Below, piece by piece: positions 9,246 through 19,670 of a stretch of 64,000 bases of DNA. Each line of letters starts with the position of its first letter. The first letter of the stretch is position 1. Under the pieces are notes generated by a model. The model saw only the letters and a list, made by a program, of their open reading frames with translations. It did not search any database and was not told where the DNA came from. Position numbers and translations under genes: made by a program. Source of the DNA: an uncultured Syntrophomonadaceae bacterium (GTDB lineage Bacteria > Bacillota > Dethiobacteria > DTU022); assembly GCA_964389365.1 (NCBI GenBank), contig CAYMDO010000002.1, positions 19,268 through 83,267 of the forward strand, read 5' to 3'.

Positions 9246-10489
9246 CAGGGCATAACCTCCTGTCCGTAATATTTAAGGAAAAGCTGTTCCAAACCCTGGG
9301 TCACAACATCCAGACCGGTTACGCTGCACCGGGCAAGCGCAGCGGCAAACTGGTTGTAATTGTCTTTAACAATCACCTCGACAGTATTTTTACTGGCTTT
9401 TCCGAGCTCGAGGCCGGCGCGGCGCAGGTGCTCAATGTCCTCCGGTACGGCAAGGGAAACCAGGTATGTTTTGCGCTGTGATGATTTCAGCGAGTGGACA
9501 TCTTCCAATGCAACCAGCCGCCCTTCGCGGATAATGCCGGCCCGGTCGCAGGTGCGGTAAGTTTCCTCGAAATTGTGCGAAGACATGAGAAATGTTTTTC
9601 CCCGTTCCTTTTCTTCCAACACCAGCTCGACAAATTCGTTTTGCATCAGCGGATCGAGGCCGCTGGTCGGCTCATCTAATATATAGACAGCAGGATCATG
9701 CATAAAAGCTGTGACAATGCCCAATTTCTGCTTCGTCCCCTTGGACATCTTGCGGATGCGGCCGGCTGGGTCCAGTTCCAGGCGGTCCAGCAGGCTGTCG
9801 CGGCGTTTTTTATTGTTATCGCCCCTTAAAGCAGAAACCAGGTTCAGAAACTGGGTGCCGGTCATCTCGTCAAAAAAGGTTATTTCGCCGGGCAGGTAAC
9901 CGAGGCTTCGCTGGATCAGGTCGGAATCGCGCCAGCAGTCAAGGCCGTTGATTAAGCAGCTTCCTCTGGTTGGCCTGGTAAAACCGAGCAGGTTGCGGAT
10001 AGTTGTTGTTTTGCCGGCCCCGTTAGGTCCGAGAAAACCGAAGGCTTCGCCCTGGCTGACGCTGAAGGTAAGGTCAAATATACCCTTGCCGCTTCGATAT
10101 ATAAATGTCAGCGATTCGATCCTGATCACTTGTTTTTGCCCTATCGGCCCGGCGTTAAGCTTACCCTGCTGTATTTCTGCCAGCGGTTTGATAAACCTGC
10201 CCTGTTCCCAGAGGCCGTCCGCAACCCTGCCGTCCGGGCTTAAATATTTTCCGCAGCCCTCCCGCTTGCCCTTATTTATTTCCCCCACGTAAACGCCGCC
10301 ACTTGGATAGATAACCATGCCCCGGCCGTGGGGTTTTCCTTCCTGCCAGTCTCCTTCATAGCGGGTTCCGTCAGGCAAAATAAGGCTGCCTTTTCCCTGC
10401 GGCATACCGGAAGCGGTTTCTCCGCAGTATTCGCCCCCCAGCCAGGCTATGCACTTTTGCCCTCCGGGCCGGTTTGTTCCAACCATCAA
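9242..10489 (-). CDS. ABC transporter ATP-binding protein with N-terminal MORN-repeat domain
   Basis: Residues ~20-110 carry repeated YEGDWQEGKPHGRG / YVGEINKGKREGCG MORN-type units. Then Walker A GPNGAGKTT, signature MSKGTKQKLG and Walker B ILDEPTSGLD. Confidence 0.8.
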   Translation of the reverse strand: MMVGTNRPGGQKCIAWLGGEYCGETASGMPQGKGSLILPDGTRYEGDWQEGKPHGRGMVIYPSGGVYVGEINKGKREGCGKYLSPDGRVADGLWEQGRFIKPLAEIQQGKLNAGPIGQKQVIRIESLTFIYRSGKGIFDLTFSVSQGEAFGFLGPNGAGKTTTIRNLLGFTRPTRGSCLINGLDCWRDSDLIQRSLGYLPGEITFFDEMTGTQFLNLVSALRGDNNKKRRDSLLDRLELDPAGRIRKMSKGTKQKLGIVTAFMHDPAVYILDEPTSGLDPLMQNEFVELVLEEKERGKTFLMSSHNFEETYRTCDRAGIIREGRLVALEDVHSLKSSQRKTYLVSLAVPEDIEHLRRAGLELGKASKNTVEVIVKDNYNQFAAALARCSVTGLDVVTQGLEQLFLKYYGQEVMPW

Positions 10490-10859
10490 AAGATCCCGCC
10501 TTTCAAGGCGCCCGCTTCTGCCAACCGAAAGCGCTTGTTATTACCAGGCCCGCAGATCAGCTTCTGCTCTGCTTTCAATAGTAATACCCTGTCAATAATA
10601 TCACTAGTTCTCATAATTTAACAGTATTCCGGCAGATGTCTGCTGCTGTTGCTGCCAAAAGTTACTTATTTCAAATCAAGCGAAGTATAGTGTAAAGTTA
10701 TTGCAGGGATTCAGCAGGTAAAGATATTTCTAAGATAGAAAGAGGAAACTCATATTCGCCAATGAACAAATCCCCCCACTTAAGGAGGCAGAGGTTCCTC
10801 ATGGAAATAGTTCGCGTAGTAGAAGAGATAGTCCTTTCAGTAGTTAGCAAAGTATTAAA

Positions 10860-11130
10860 AGTATTAGCAGGAGAGGTCAGTTACAGGAGCTCTGAAACAA
10901 TCCTGAAGGAAAAACTGGACGGACTGCCCTTTTCCAGGTTATATCTGATTGTTACGAACAAAGGAGCGTAATTATCACCACCAATCTGGAGTTTAGCAAG
11001 TGGGTTCAAATCTTCCATGAAGAGCAGGTAACCACTGCGATGAACAATCGCCTGGTCCATCATGGCTATCTCTTAATTTTTGATGGCCAAAGTTACAGAA
11101 TCAAGAATTCGTTGATGAAAGTTGAAGCGT
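10860..11130 (+). pseudogene. istB: IS21-family IstB helper ATPase remnant (frameshifted C-terminal fragment)
   Basis: Frame translation ...YEQRSVIITTNLEFSKWVQIFHEEQVTTAMNNRLVHHGYLLIFDGQSYRIKNSLMKVEA* matches the IstB C-terminus (ITSNLPFSEW...DRLVHH...GESYR). The upstream part is in other frames and no IstA is present. Confidence 0.55.
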
Positions 11131-11490
11131 AAAAATTTCCTAAAGGGTTGCTGTTTTGCTAAATTGCAAAAACAGGGAAAAAGTGATTGTAAAAAACACA
11201 GAAAGAGCCATAACCTCTTAGCAGACGAATAAGTTGATAGATTAGTGACCTATCGTGAAATTTCCTTCAAACAAAGATCATATGTGCGGAAAATTGAATC
11301 TGCCAGAATGCGACTGTTGATGCAACACAAAAGAACCGTCCCCTTGTGTTTTAGTTTTTTTATGGGATTTTGCTTAACGGCGCATTCAAGCTTGCAAGGC
11401 GTTTGCCGTTGGCATAGAATAAATTATGCATTGCCTGGTTCAATGCCGAAATGCTTACCCGGTTACTCTGTTGAAAGGATTTTTGGCGGT

Positions 11491-12453
11491 ATGAAAAAAA
11501 TTGCGGTTATCACCAGCGGCGGAGATGCGCCGGGCATGAACGCGGCAGTACGGGCGGTCACACGTACGGGAATCTATCTCGGTTACCGGGTATGCGGAAT
11601 CCAACGCGGTTTTGCCGGTCTGCTTAACGGCAATCCGGTAATTGATTTCGAACTGGGCTCGGTTGCTGATATTATCCAGCGCGGCGGAACATTTCTTCTT
11701 ACCGCCCGATCGCCGGAAATGTATCAGGCTGAATCACAGGCGAAGGCCGCTGAGCATTTGAAAAACGAAGGCGTTGACTGCCTGATTGTCATTGGGGGCG
11801 AGGGCTCATTTAAGGGGGCGATGACCCTTGAAAAACTGGGGGTACGGACGATTTGTATCCCCGGGACAATTGACAATGATATAAACGGCACCGATCTAAC
11901 AATCGGTTTTGATACGGCTGTCAACACCATTCTTGATGCAATCAACCGGCTGCGCGATACGGCCACCTCGCATGAAAGAGTTTTTCTGCTGGAGGTGATG
12001 GGGCGCCATACCGGTTACCTGGCCCTTTCTGCCGGCCTGGCGGGCGGCGCTGAGTCGATTGTGGTCCCCGAGATTGAGTACAACCTTGCTGAAATTTGCT
12101 GCAGGATCATGCGCGGCATAAAGAGGGACAAAACGCACAGTATTATTGTCGTTGCTGAAGGTGCTGCCAATGTATATGAAATGAACGAAGCAATCAAACA
12201 GCAGATCAATGTTGAAACCAGGGTTACCGTGCTGGGGCACATTCAGCGCGGCGGCAGCCCCAGCGCAGTTGACAGGCTGCTCGGCAGCCGGATGGGGGCT
12301 GCTGCAGTAGAATGGCTGGCTGAAGGCAGGAGCGGCTATTTTACAGCTCTAAAAGGGCAGGATATTGTCCCGGTTTCAATAGACAGCTGCTTTGCCGAAC
12401 GGAAGCCGTTTCCGGAAGATCTATATCGCCTGGCGCTAATCCTATCCCGCTAA
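11491..12453 (+). CDS. pfkA: ATP-dependent 6-phosphofructokinase
   Basis: MKKIAVITSGGDAPGMNAAVRAV N-terminus plus GGEGS and GTIDND motifs. The ORF's upstream extension (11245-11490) is judged non-coding. Confidence 0.9.
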   Translation: MKKIAVITSGGDAPGMNAAVRAVTRTGIYLGYRVCGIQRGFAGLLNGNPVIDFELGSVADIIQRGGTFLLTARSPEMYQAESQAKAAEHLKNEGVDCLIVIGGEGSFKGAMTLEKLGVRTICIPGTIDNDINGTDLTIGFDTAVNTILDAINRLRDTATSHERVFLLEVMGRHTGYLALSAGLAGGAESIVVPEIEYNLAEICCRIMRGIKRDKTHSIIVVAEGAANVYEMNEAIKQQINVETRVTVLGHIQRGGSPSAVDRLLGSRMGAAAVEWLAEGRSGYFTALKGQDIVPVSIDSCFAERKPFPEDLYRLALILSR

Positions 12454-12532
12454 ATGTCCAATATCTATAATGGTGCAGTAATATTCCGTCAAGTTATTCT
12501 TTTTAATAACATAGCTCAGGAAGGGGACTTAT

Positions 12533-14233
12533 ATGAATAAGCCTGAAATTTATTACGAGGTTAAGGCGCAGCGGGGTCCAAGCCTGCGCTGCAAGGGTTG
12601 GAAGCAGGAAACTATCTTAAGGATGCTGGAAAACAACATGGAGAACGCCGAAAAACCTGAAGAGCTGGTTATTTACGGCGGCATCGGTAAGTGCGCGCGC
12701 AACTAGGAATCCTATCATGCCATTGTCAAGGCTTTAAAAGAGCTGGAAAATGATGAAACGCTGGTCATGCAGTCGGGTATGCCGGTGGCTGTATTCAAAA
12801 CACACCGCCTGGCCCCGCGGGTGGTGATGGCCAACACAAATATCATGAAGGCCGACTGGCCCACCTTTTACGACCTGCAGGATAAAAACCTGACTATCTT
12901 TGCCCAGTATACTGCCGGCCCCTGGGAATATATCGGCACACAGGGGGTAATCCAGAGGACCTTTGAGACCCTTTCGGCGGTGGCCAGAAAATGCTACGGA
13001 GATTCGCTGGCCGGTAAAATATTGCTGACTGCCGGCGCCGGAGGGATGGGAGGCAACCAGACCCGGGCGATGACCATGCACGGCGGGGTAGCAATTTTAT
13101 GTGATGTAAACCGTGATATAATCGAGCGCCGGATCAGCAAGAAATTTATTGATGTTATGGCCGGTTCGCTGGAAGAAGCGATCAGTATGGCTCAGGACTA
13201 TGCTGCCAGGAATGAAGCGATCGGCATCGGCCTGGTCGGCAACGCAGCGGACATTTTTGAAGAAGCGCTTAAAAAAGGGTTTAAACCCGATATAGTTACC
13301 GAAATGTGCCCCTGTCATGATCCTTTCTCCTACATTCCTTCCGGGTACAGCCCCCGGGAGGCGGATGAATTGCGGGCCGCAGACCGGAACCTTTACCTGG
13401 AAAAGGCGCGCGAAACGATGATCAGGCAGCTTAAAGCTATGAACCGGTTTTACGGGCTGGGGGTGCCGACTTTTGAATACGGCACCAGCATTCGCAAGGA
13501 ATGCCGTGACGGCGGGATGCCGGAAAAGGAAGCTATGACGATTCCCGGTTTTGTAGCCGAGTACATCAGGCCTCTCTTCTGCGAAGGCCGCGGACCCTTC
13601 CGCTGGATCTGCGTTTCCGGGGAGGCCGAAGATTTGAGGAAGCTTGATGATCTCTGCCTGGAAATGTTTGCCGACGACCTGCTCGTTACCCGCTGGATCA
13701 AGCTGGCCCGCCGGGATATCCCGATTGAGGCGCTGCCGGCCCGGATCTGCTACCTCGGTTTCGGCCAGCGCAAAAGATTTGCCCTGGCGGTCAATGCCCT
13801 GATCCGGACCGGTGAGGTGAAGGGCCCGGTCGCATTCTCCCGGGATAACCTTGATTCCGGCTCCATCGTTAACCCCACCTTCGAATCGGAGAATATGCCG
13901 GACGGCAGCGACCTGATTTCAGACTGGCCCATGTTGAACGGCCTGCTTAATGCCGCGGGGATGTCGGACTTGATCGCCATCCAGGCAAATTATTCGATGG
14001 GGGAAGCGGTTCACACCGGGGTAACGATGATTGCCGACGGAACTGACGAGGCTGATTTACGGCTTTCTGTCTGCATGACAGTCGATTCCGGCATCGGCGT
14101 TGTACGCCATGCCCAGGCCGGTTACGAAACGGCGAAGGAAGTAGCCGATGGCCGGGGCAAGCTGACCGGCGAAAATATAAAAGTGCCGCTCTGGTGGATC
14201 CCGAAAGCCACCTTTGGGCCGCAGGATCTGTAA
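12533..14233 (+). pseudogene. hutU: urocanate hydratase interrupted by an in-frame TAG at 12704-12706, at the position of a conserved Trp
   Basis: Full-length similarity to HutU ([16 protein letters not shown] versus B. subtilis GGIGKAARNWECYHAIV; downstream FCEGRGPFRW etc.). There is an RBS AGGAAGGGG before the ATG at 12533. TAG is a genuine stop elsewhere in this window. Confidence 0.8.
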
Positions 14234-14259
14234 ACACCCGCCGCTCGCAAAATATTTGA

Positions 14260-14966
14260 AGCAGCAGCCGGGCGACCTGTAAAGAGGCAGCAGTAGCCGG
14301 GCTTAACCTTGCTGAATACTGTGACGCCTGGTGTGATGATGGTTACTACAGCGCCGCCGAGTGCGAAAAGATCTTAAATATTGCCCTGGATTATGGACTC
14401 AAACCCAAAATTCACACCGATGCCTATTCTTACATTGGCGGCTCCGACCTGGCGGCTGAAATGCAGATGGTTTCGGCCGATCACCTCAACTACACCCCCC
14501 GGCGGTGATGAAAAAACTGTCGTCTGCAGGAGTAGTCGGGGTACTGATGCCCGCGCTCGATTTCGCCGTCAGGCATCCGCGCCCCTTTGATTACCTGGCT
14601 ATGAAAGAGCAGGGTTTAATTGTGGCGCTCGCCACAAACCACTGTCCCGGCTGTTGGGCCGAGTCGATGCAGTTTGTAATGGCACTGGCCTGCCGTCTCT
14701 ATCGGATGAGCCCGGCAGAGGCGCTGCATGCAGCGACTGCCGGGGCGGCAAAAGCGCTTGGAATCGATAAGGATTACGGCAGCCTGGAAGCCGGTAAATT
14801 TGCGGATTTTCAAATCTGGGATGTTCCAAGTTACGAGCATGTTATCTGCCGCCTCGGCGCCAATGTTGTGGAAAAGGTAATTAAAAAGGGTAGATTGCTG
14901 GTTGACAACAGCATCAGCGAGATTGCCCTCGAGTCCGGTGATGACCGGAACCGCTTAACTGATTGA
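14260..14966 (+). pseudogene. hutI: imidazolonepropionase, C-terminal half only, with a frameshift near the C6 run at 14494-14499
   Basis: Two frames read LAEYCDAWCDDGYYSAAECEKILNIALDYGLKPKIHTD...SADHL and then GVVGVLMPALDF...LATNHCPG...SYEHV, matching HutI residues ~200-410. The N-terminal ~200 codons are absent. Confidence 0.75.
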
Positions 14967-14993
14967 AATCATGGCAGCAAGGAGTAAATAACG

Positions 14994-16519
14994 ATGACTG
15001 TAACCATCGATGGGAAAAGCCTTACCCTGGAACAGGTTGTCAGGGTGGCCAGGTATAACGAAGATGTTGAACTGGCAGAAACAGCTTATGACTGCATCAA
15101 TCGCTCGCGGGAGCTGGTTGAGCGGATCGTGGCGGAAAAGCGTTCGGTTTACGGTGTTAATACCGGTTTTGGCCTGCTCAGCAATGTTTCTATCACCGAC
15201 GAGGAGATCAATTAGCTCCAGTACAACCTGGTTGTCAGCTGCGTGGCTGGTGTTGGCGAACCGTTCCCGGAAGAAGTGGTACGGGCGATGCTTTTTTTGC
15301 GTTCCAACTCGCTGTCCTCCGGCTGCTCAGGGGTCAGGCCGATCATTGTTGAAACGATGCTGGCCATGCTCAGCAAGGGAGTCCACCCCGTGGTGCCGCA
15401 AAAAGGTTCAGTCGGCGCCAGCGGTGATTTAGCCCCCCTGGCGCACCTGGCGCTGGTGCTCATCGGACGCGGTGAAGCCCTGTATAAAGGGCGTTTGGTG
15501 CCGGGCGGAGAGGCTATGAAACAGGCCGGGATCGAACCCGTTGTGTTAAAGGCGAAGGAAGGCCTTTCCCTTTGCAACGGAACCCAGGCGATGACCGCAG
15601 CCGGCGCTCTCGCTGTTTACGATGCTTTAAAGATGGCACGCTACGCGGATCTCTTTGGCGCGCTTTCGGCAGAGGCACTGGAGGCAGTGTTGATGGCGTA
15701 CGATCCAAAAATCCATGCTGTCAGGCCTCACCCGGGCCAGATCGAAACCGCCGCCAACCTCAGGGAAATGTTAAGGGGCAGTGAGATCCTGGCCCACCCA
15801 TCGTCAAGCCGGGTTCAGGATGCCTACTCGCTGCGCTGCATGCCCCAGGTGCACGGGGCTTCCAAGGATGCCATCGACTATGTGAAGCAGGTAATCGAAA
15901 GAGAAATTAATTCGGTTACCGATAACCCGCTGGTCTTCGCCGATACCGGCGAGGTGCTTTCCGGGGGCAATTTTCACGGCCAGCCGGTAGCCCTGGCCCT
16001 CGATTTCTGGCTATTGCCCTCGCCGAGCTGGCCAATATTTCGCAGCTCAGGGTTGAAAGGCTGACCAACCCGGCGCTGAGCATGGGGCTGCCTGCTTTCC
16101 TGATCGAAAAAAGCGGGTTGAACGACGGCTTCATGGTTGCCCAGTATACCGCCGCCGCCTTAGTCAGCGAAAACAAGATTCTGGCCCATCCGGCAAGCGT
16201 GGATTCCATTCCCACATCGGCTGACCAGGAAGATCACGTCAGCATGGGTACCACGGCGGCCCGCAAATGCCGCGAAGTGCTGGAGAACCTGCGCTATGTC
16301 CTGGCTATCGAAGCTATCTGTGCCTGCCAGGGGATCGACCTCAGAAAGAAAAAGCCGTCACCCGTGCTGCAAAAAGCCTGCCGTATAATCAGGGAGAGGG
16401 TCAGCTTTATGGCGGCGGACCGGGAAATGAGCAAAGATTTTGAGGCGGTGGTAGCGTTGATTAAGGATGATGCCTTTAATATTGCAAATTTGCTGGGCGG
16501 GCTTGCGGGTAAGGTGTGA
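14994..16519 (+). pseudogene. hutH: histidine ammonia-lyase with an in-frame TAG at 15213-15215 (Gln position) and a 1-nt deletion frameshift near 16006
   Basis: Three ORF pieces cover full-length HutH, including the MIO motif [22 protein letters not shown] aligns to canonical EEQLEQLQLNLV. The frame switch is at [16 protein letters not shown]. Confidence 0.8.
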
Positions 16520-16640
16520 AATTTTAGCTATGCATGAAAATCTTTAATAACTGCTTAAAGTAGTATTAACATGGAAACATCTAGCTATTATAATAAAAAT
16601 GTAAAAGAAGGCAGGTCCATTAATCTGCAGGAAGGATCTG

Positions 16641-16979
16641 GTGGTTGTCGGAAAATATACGGACTTCACTCGTGCTGTAATCGGTCTTTTGATGTCTGCG
16701 GCTGGAGGGTTGGCGTTTGTGTTGGCTTTTCCGCCCTACGAAATTTGGCCCCTTGCATTTATCGGCTTTATTCCTGTCCTGCTGGCTCAATACAGGATTA
16801 TGCCGCCTAAGCTTTCATCCCTGGCTTCGGCGGCGGCCATCGGCATTTGGCTGCAGGGTTATCTGGGGCCGGTTTTTGCACCGATTGGAACTTTTATGGT
16901 TTGGCTGGCGCTGGCCGGGTTGGCATTTTTTACATGCGGGAGCTCCTGGCTGATCAAAAAAGGCAGGCAGCAAACATAG
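16641..16979 (+). pseudogene. apolipoprotein N-acyltransferase (Lnt) N-terminal fragment (~110 aa of ~500)
   Basis: GLAFVLAFPPYEIWPLAFIGFIPVLLAQYR resembles the Lnt N-terminus [20 protein letters not shown]. The ORF ends after 112 aa and no CN-hydrolase domain follows. Confidence 0.4.
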
Positions 16980-17045
16980 AAGAAGGAGTTGGTTGCCGGC
17001 CCCTTCATCACCTGTTAAGCTAAATACAAGTAAGGAGAGCCTCTG

Positions 17046-18149
17046 TTGCTTAACACCGTGCACAAGCTGTATTTCCGTGATGCGAGAAATTTGGATCAAA
17101 TCGAAGATCAGAGCATTGACCTGGTCGTCACATCACCGCCCTATCCGATGATCGAAATGTGGGACGAACAATTTTGCGGCATGAATCCTTTAATCGGTTA
17201 TAACCTCGAAACCGGTGACTATAACGGCGCGTTTGAAGCGATGCACCGGGTCCTTGATGGGGTCTGGCACGAGCTGTGGCGTGTTATGAAAGAAGGAGCT
17301 TTTGCCTGTATCAATATCGGTGATGCTACCAGGACTGTTAACAACAGATTTCAGCTCTTTGCGAATCATGCCAGGGTTCAGCGCAAGTTCCATGAGCTTG
17401 GGTTTGACACCCTGCCGCTTGTTATCTGGCGCAAGCAGACAAACGCCCCCAATAAGTTTATGGGGTCCGGAATGCTGCCTGCCGGCGCTTATATTACTTT
17501 AGAGCACGAATATATACTAATATTCAGGAAGGGCGGCAAAAGGCTATTTAAAAGTGCCGAAAGTAAATCGAGGCGGATGCAAAGCAGTATTTTCTGGGAA
17601 GAACGCAATGCCTGGTTCTCCGACCTTTGGGATTTCAAAGGGGTAAAACAGGGTACCAACAGCAGAGAACTGCGAAGCCGCACTGCTGCTTTTCCTTTAA
17701 CCCTGCCATTTCGCTTAGTCAACATGTTCTCGTTAGTCGGGGACAGGGTTCTTGATCCATTTATAGGTACCGGCACAACTGTGCTGTCGGCAATCGCCGC
17801 CGGGAGAAATAGCGTTGGTTACGAGTTGGATGAACGTTTTGCCCCGGTGCTGCAGGAGCTGATAATGAACAGTTTGCCTGCCCTGCAAAAAGTTAACATT
17901 GACAGGGTTCATGCCCATCTCGCTTTTATTCAAACCTGCAGGGCCGGAAGCAAAGAGCTGAAATACCGCAATTCTTATTTTGGTTTTCCCGTGATGACAG
18001 CCCAGGAAAAGGAACTGCAGCTGTGCTTTGCCAGCCAGGTTGAAATAGGTGGTGATCACCTTTTCCGAGCCTCATATTATGACGACCATTTTATCAAATC
18101 AATCTCTCCGAAAGACCTGATCCCGCGTGTCAGGGGGACGGGGGTTTGA
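17046..18149 (+). CDS. beta-class DNA methyltransferase (N4-cytosine or N6-adenine), orphan
   Basis: Motif IV VTSPPYP at the N-terminus, followed later by motif I DPFIGTGTT (beta permutation). No adjacent restriction endonuclease gene was found. Confidence 0.8.
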   Translation: MLNTVHKLYFRDARNLDQIEDQSIDLVVTSPPYPMIEMWDEQFCGMNPLIGYNLETGDYNGAFEAMHRVLDGVWHELWRVMKEGAFACINIGDATRTVNNRFQLFANHARVQRKFHELGFDTLPLVIWRKQTNAPNKFMGSGMLPAGAYITLEHEYILIFRKGGKRLFKSAESKSRRMQSSIFWEERNAWFSDLWDFKGVKQGTNSRELRSRTAAFPLTLPFRLVNMFSLVGDRVLDPFIGTGTTVLSAIAAGRNSVGYELDERFAPVLQELIMNSLPALQKVNIDRVHAHLAFIQTCRAGSKELKYRNSYFGFPVMTAQEKELQLCFASQVEIGGDHLFRASYYDDHFIKSISPKDLIPRVRGTGV

Positions 18150-18193
18150 CAACATTCTCCCGGGCCTTAAGTCGTCGTTTGCAGGTTTTTTAT

Positions 18194-18864
18194 TTACTTA
18201 AAAAGATCGAAAAACTCTTTTAACAGCAGTATCTTGTTGTCTTCTACTTTCAGGCGGCCGGTCGCCATCCTTGTAACCGGGCTGTTCAGGCCAAGGGCCA
18301 TATCTTTCAGCAGCGGTTCCGCAACGCTGATTAACAGGTCGGCTTCCCCGTGCAGCCCGGGCCCGATTGCGCTGCTGAGCAGGTAGTTTTCAGACAGGCA
18401 GGTTCCAAATAGGCGCATGCCCCGGACATATAGAATCTGCTGCAGCTGGCCAAACTGCTCGGAGAGGAAAGCTTCAGTTTTTGCATGCGCGTACATTTCT
18501 GCTTCATCATATCCGGAGATGAAAACCCGGGTGCCGAGAATGTGATCAAGGTGACCGTAAGTATAAATAACTGCCGCCAGGTGCTGGTCGGATATTTTAT
18601 CAAACTCAGCTTATATTTCCGCTGCGGCAGCGAGACTTTCTGTGGTATCGATAATAATGTTTCCACCGGATGTAACAATCAGTATGCTGTTGGCGGGAGC
18701 ACAACCGATTGCGACACAGATATTGCCTGTAACCTGCTCGACCCTTTTTCGAACCGCCCGGCCTGCTGTATTAAATCCAAAGGTGTAAGCGGAGCATACA
18801 TATCTGCAGCGGGCGGTTCATTTGCCGGCTGCTGCCCGTTTTTGCTTCCATAGAAAAAGTACAT
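18194..18864 (-). pseudogene. MBL-fold metallo-hydrolase pseudogene (frameshift near 18680 and in-frame TAA near 18618)
   Basis: Minus-strand translation gives MYFFYGSKNG...QAISVSQSVVLPPTAY. A shifted frame continues VTSGGNIIIDTTESLAAAAEI*AEFDKISDQHLAAVIYTYGHLDHILG (degenerate HxHxDH) and runs to the stop at 18194. Confidence 0.5.
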
Positions 18865-19191
18865 ACTTGCAGCTATGACCAGGAAGCCTGCCGCGAAAAA
18901 ATCATGTTCGGGAAGAGCTGAAACAGGTCCATTTTGTTCGCCCCTTGCTTTATTGCCACCTGCAACGCGATCTTCCCGCGATCAACGGCCGGTGCAACCT
19001 CGAATTTACCCCAGGCTGTACATGCGATTTTCAAACGGCGCCGGCGCTCATTTTACACAATTATATTATAATAAAATAAAGTATATTACTATTGCGATAA
19101 TTCGGAATGAGCTAAATAATTGCTTGACTTCATCGGTAAGATATATTACAATATAAATAAATTTACAACATAAAATAAGGGGGCCAAGGAT

Positions 19192-19554
19192 ATGCCCTGC
19201 CGGGAAGAAGGGCTGCCAGCGATGAACAATCTAAAATATATACACCAAAACCCGGAACTGGACCGGTTTATTCACGAACCGGCCCGGCTGCAAATTCTCA
19301 GCTACCTTACCACAAGCGGCTCTGAAGTTGTTTTTACCGAACTTGGCGGTAAGCTGGGTTTATCTGCCGGCAACTTGTCCGTCCAATTGAAGAGGCTGGA
19401 AAAAGTCGGGTATTTATCAATAAATAAAACATTTAAAGACAACAGGCCCTTAACCAGTATTATCCTGACTCATGCTGGCAAAAAGGCTCTTAAAAGCTAT
19501 ATCCGGGAACTTGAAAAGGTGATCGGCAGCCTGAAAAACGCTATGATTGACTGA
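19192..19554 (+). CDS. winged-helix transcriptional regulator
   Basis: 120 aa with HTH-like segment LGLSAGNLSVQLKRLEKVGYL. It immediately precedes the ABC operon. Confidence 0.5.
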   Translation: MPCREEGLPAMNNLKYIHQNPELDRFIHEPARLQILSYLTTSGSEVVFTELGGKLGLSAGNLSVQLKRLEKVGYLSINKTFKDNRPLTSIILTHAGKKALKSYIRELEKVIGSLKNAMID

Positions 19555-19670
19555 GCAGGCAACGGGAGGCGAAAGTTGTGCCCCGGAGTGAATGGGTATG
19601 CATTGTTGTTGCCGCCGACGGGTAGTTTAATGGAGGTTTAAACGCTTATATCCTCACAGAGAGCAGGTAA

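Noticed and set aside
11245-11490. Long N-terminal extension of the pfkA ORF (402 aa call)
   Set aside because: The true PFK N-terminus MKKIAVITSGG starts at 11491. The upstream part has no similarity and looks like intergenic sequence.
12704-15215. In-frame TAG codons in hutU and hutH as pyrrolysine or reassigned amber
   Set aside because: TAG terminates intact genes in this window (MBL hydrolase at 5540-5542, pheA at 29873-29875). The two TAGs align to conserved Trp and Gln codons one transition away. The neighbouring hutI is independently broken, so nonsense mutations or errors are more parsimonious.
18485-18853. Plus-strand 122-aa ORF
   Set aside because: Antisense to the MBL-hydrolase pseudogene; Cys/Gly-rich nonsense translation.
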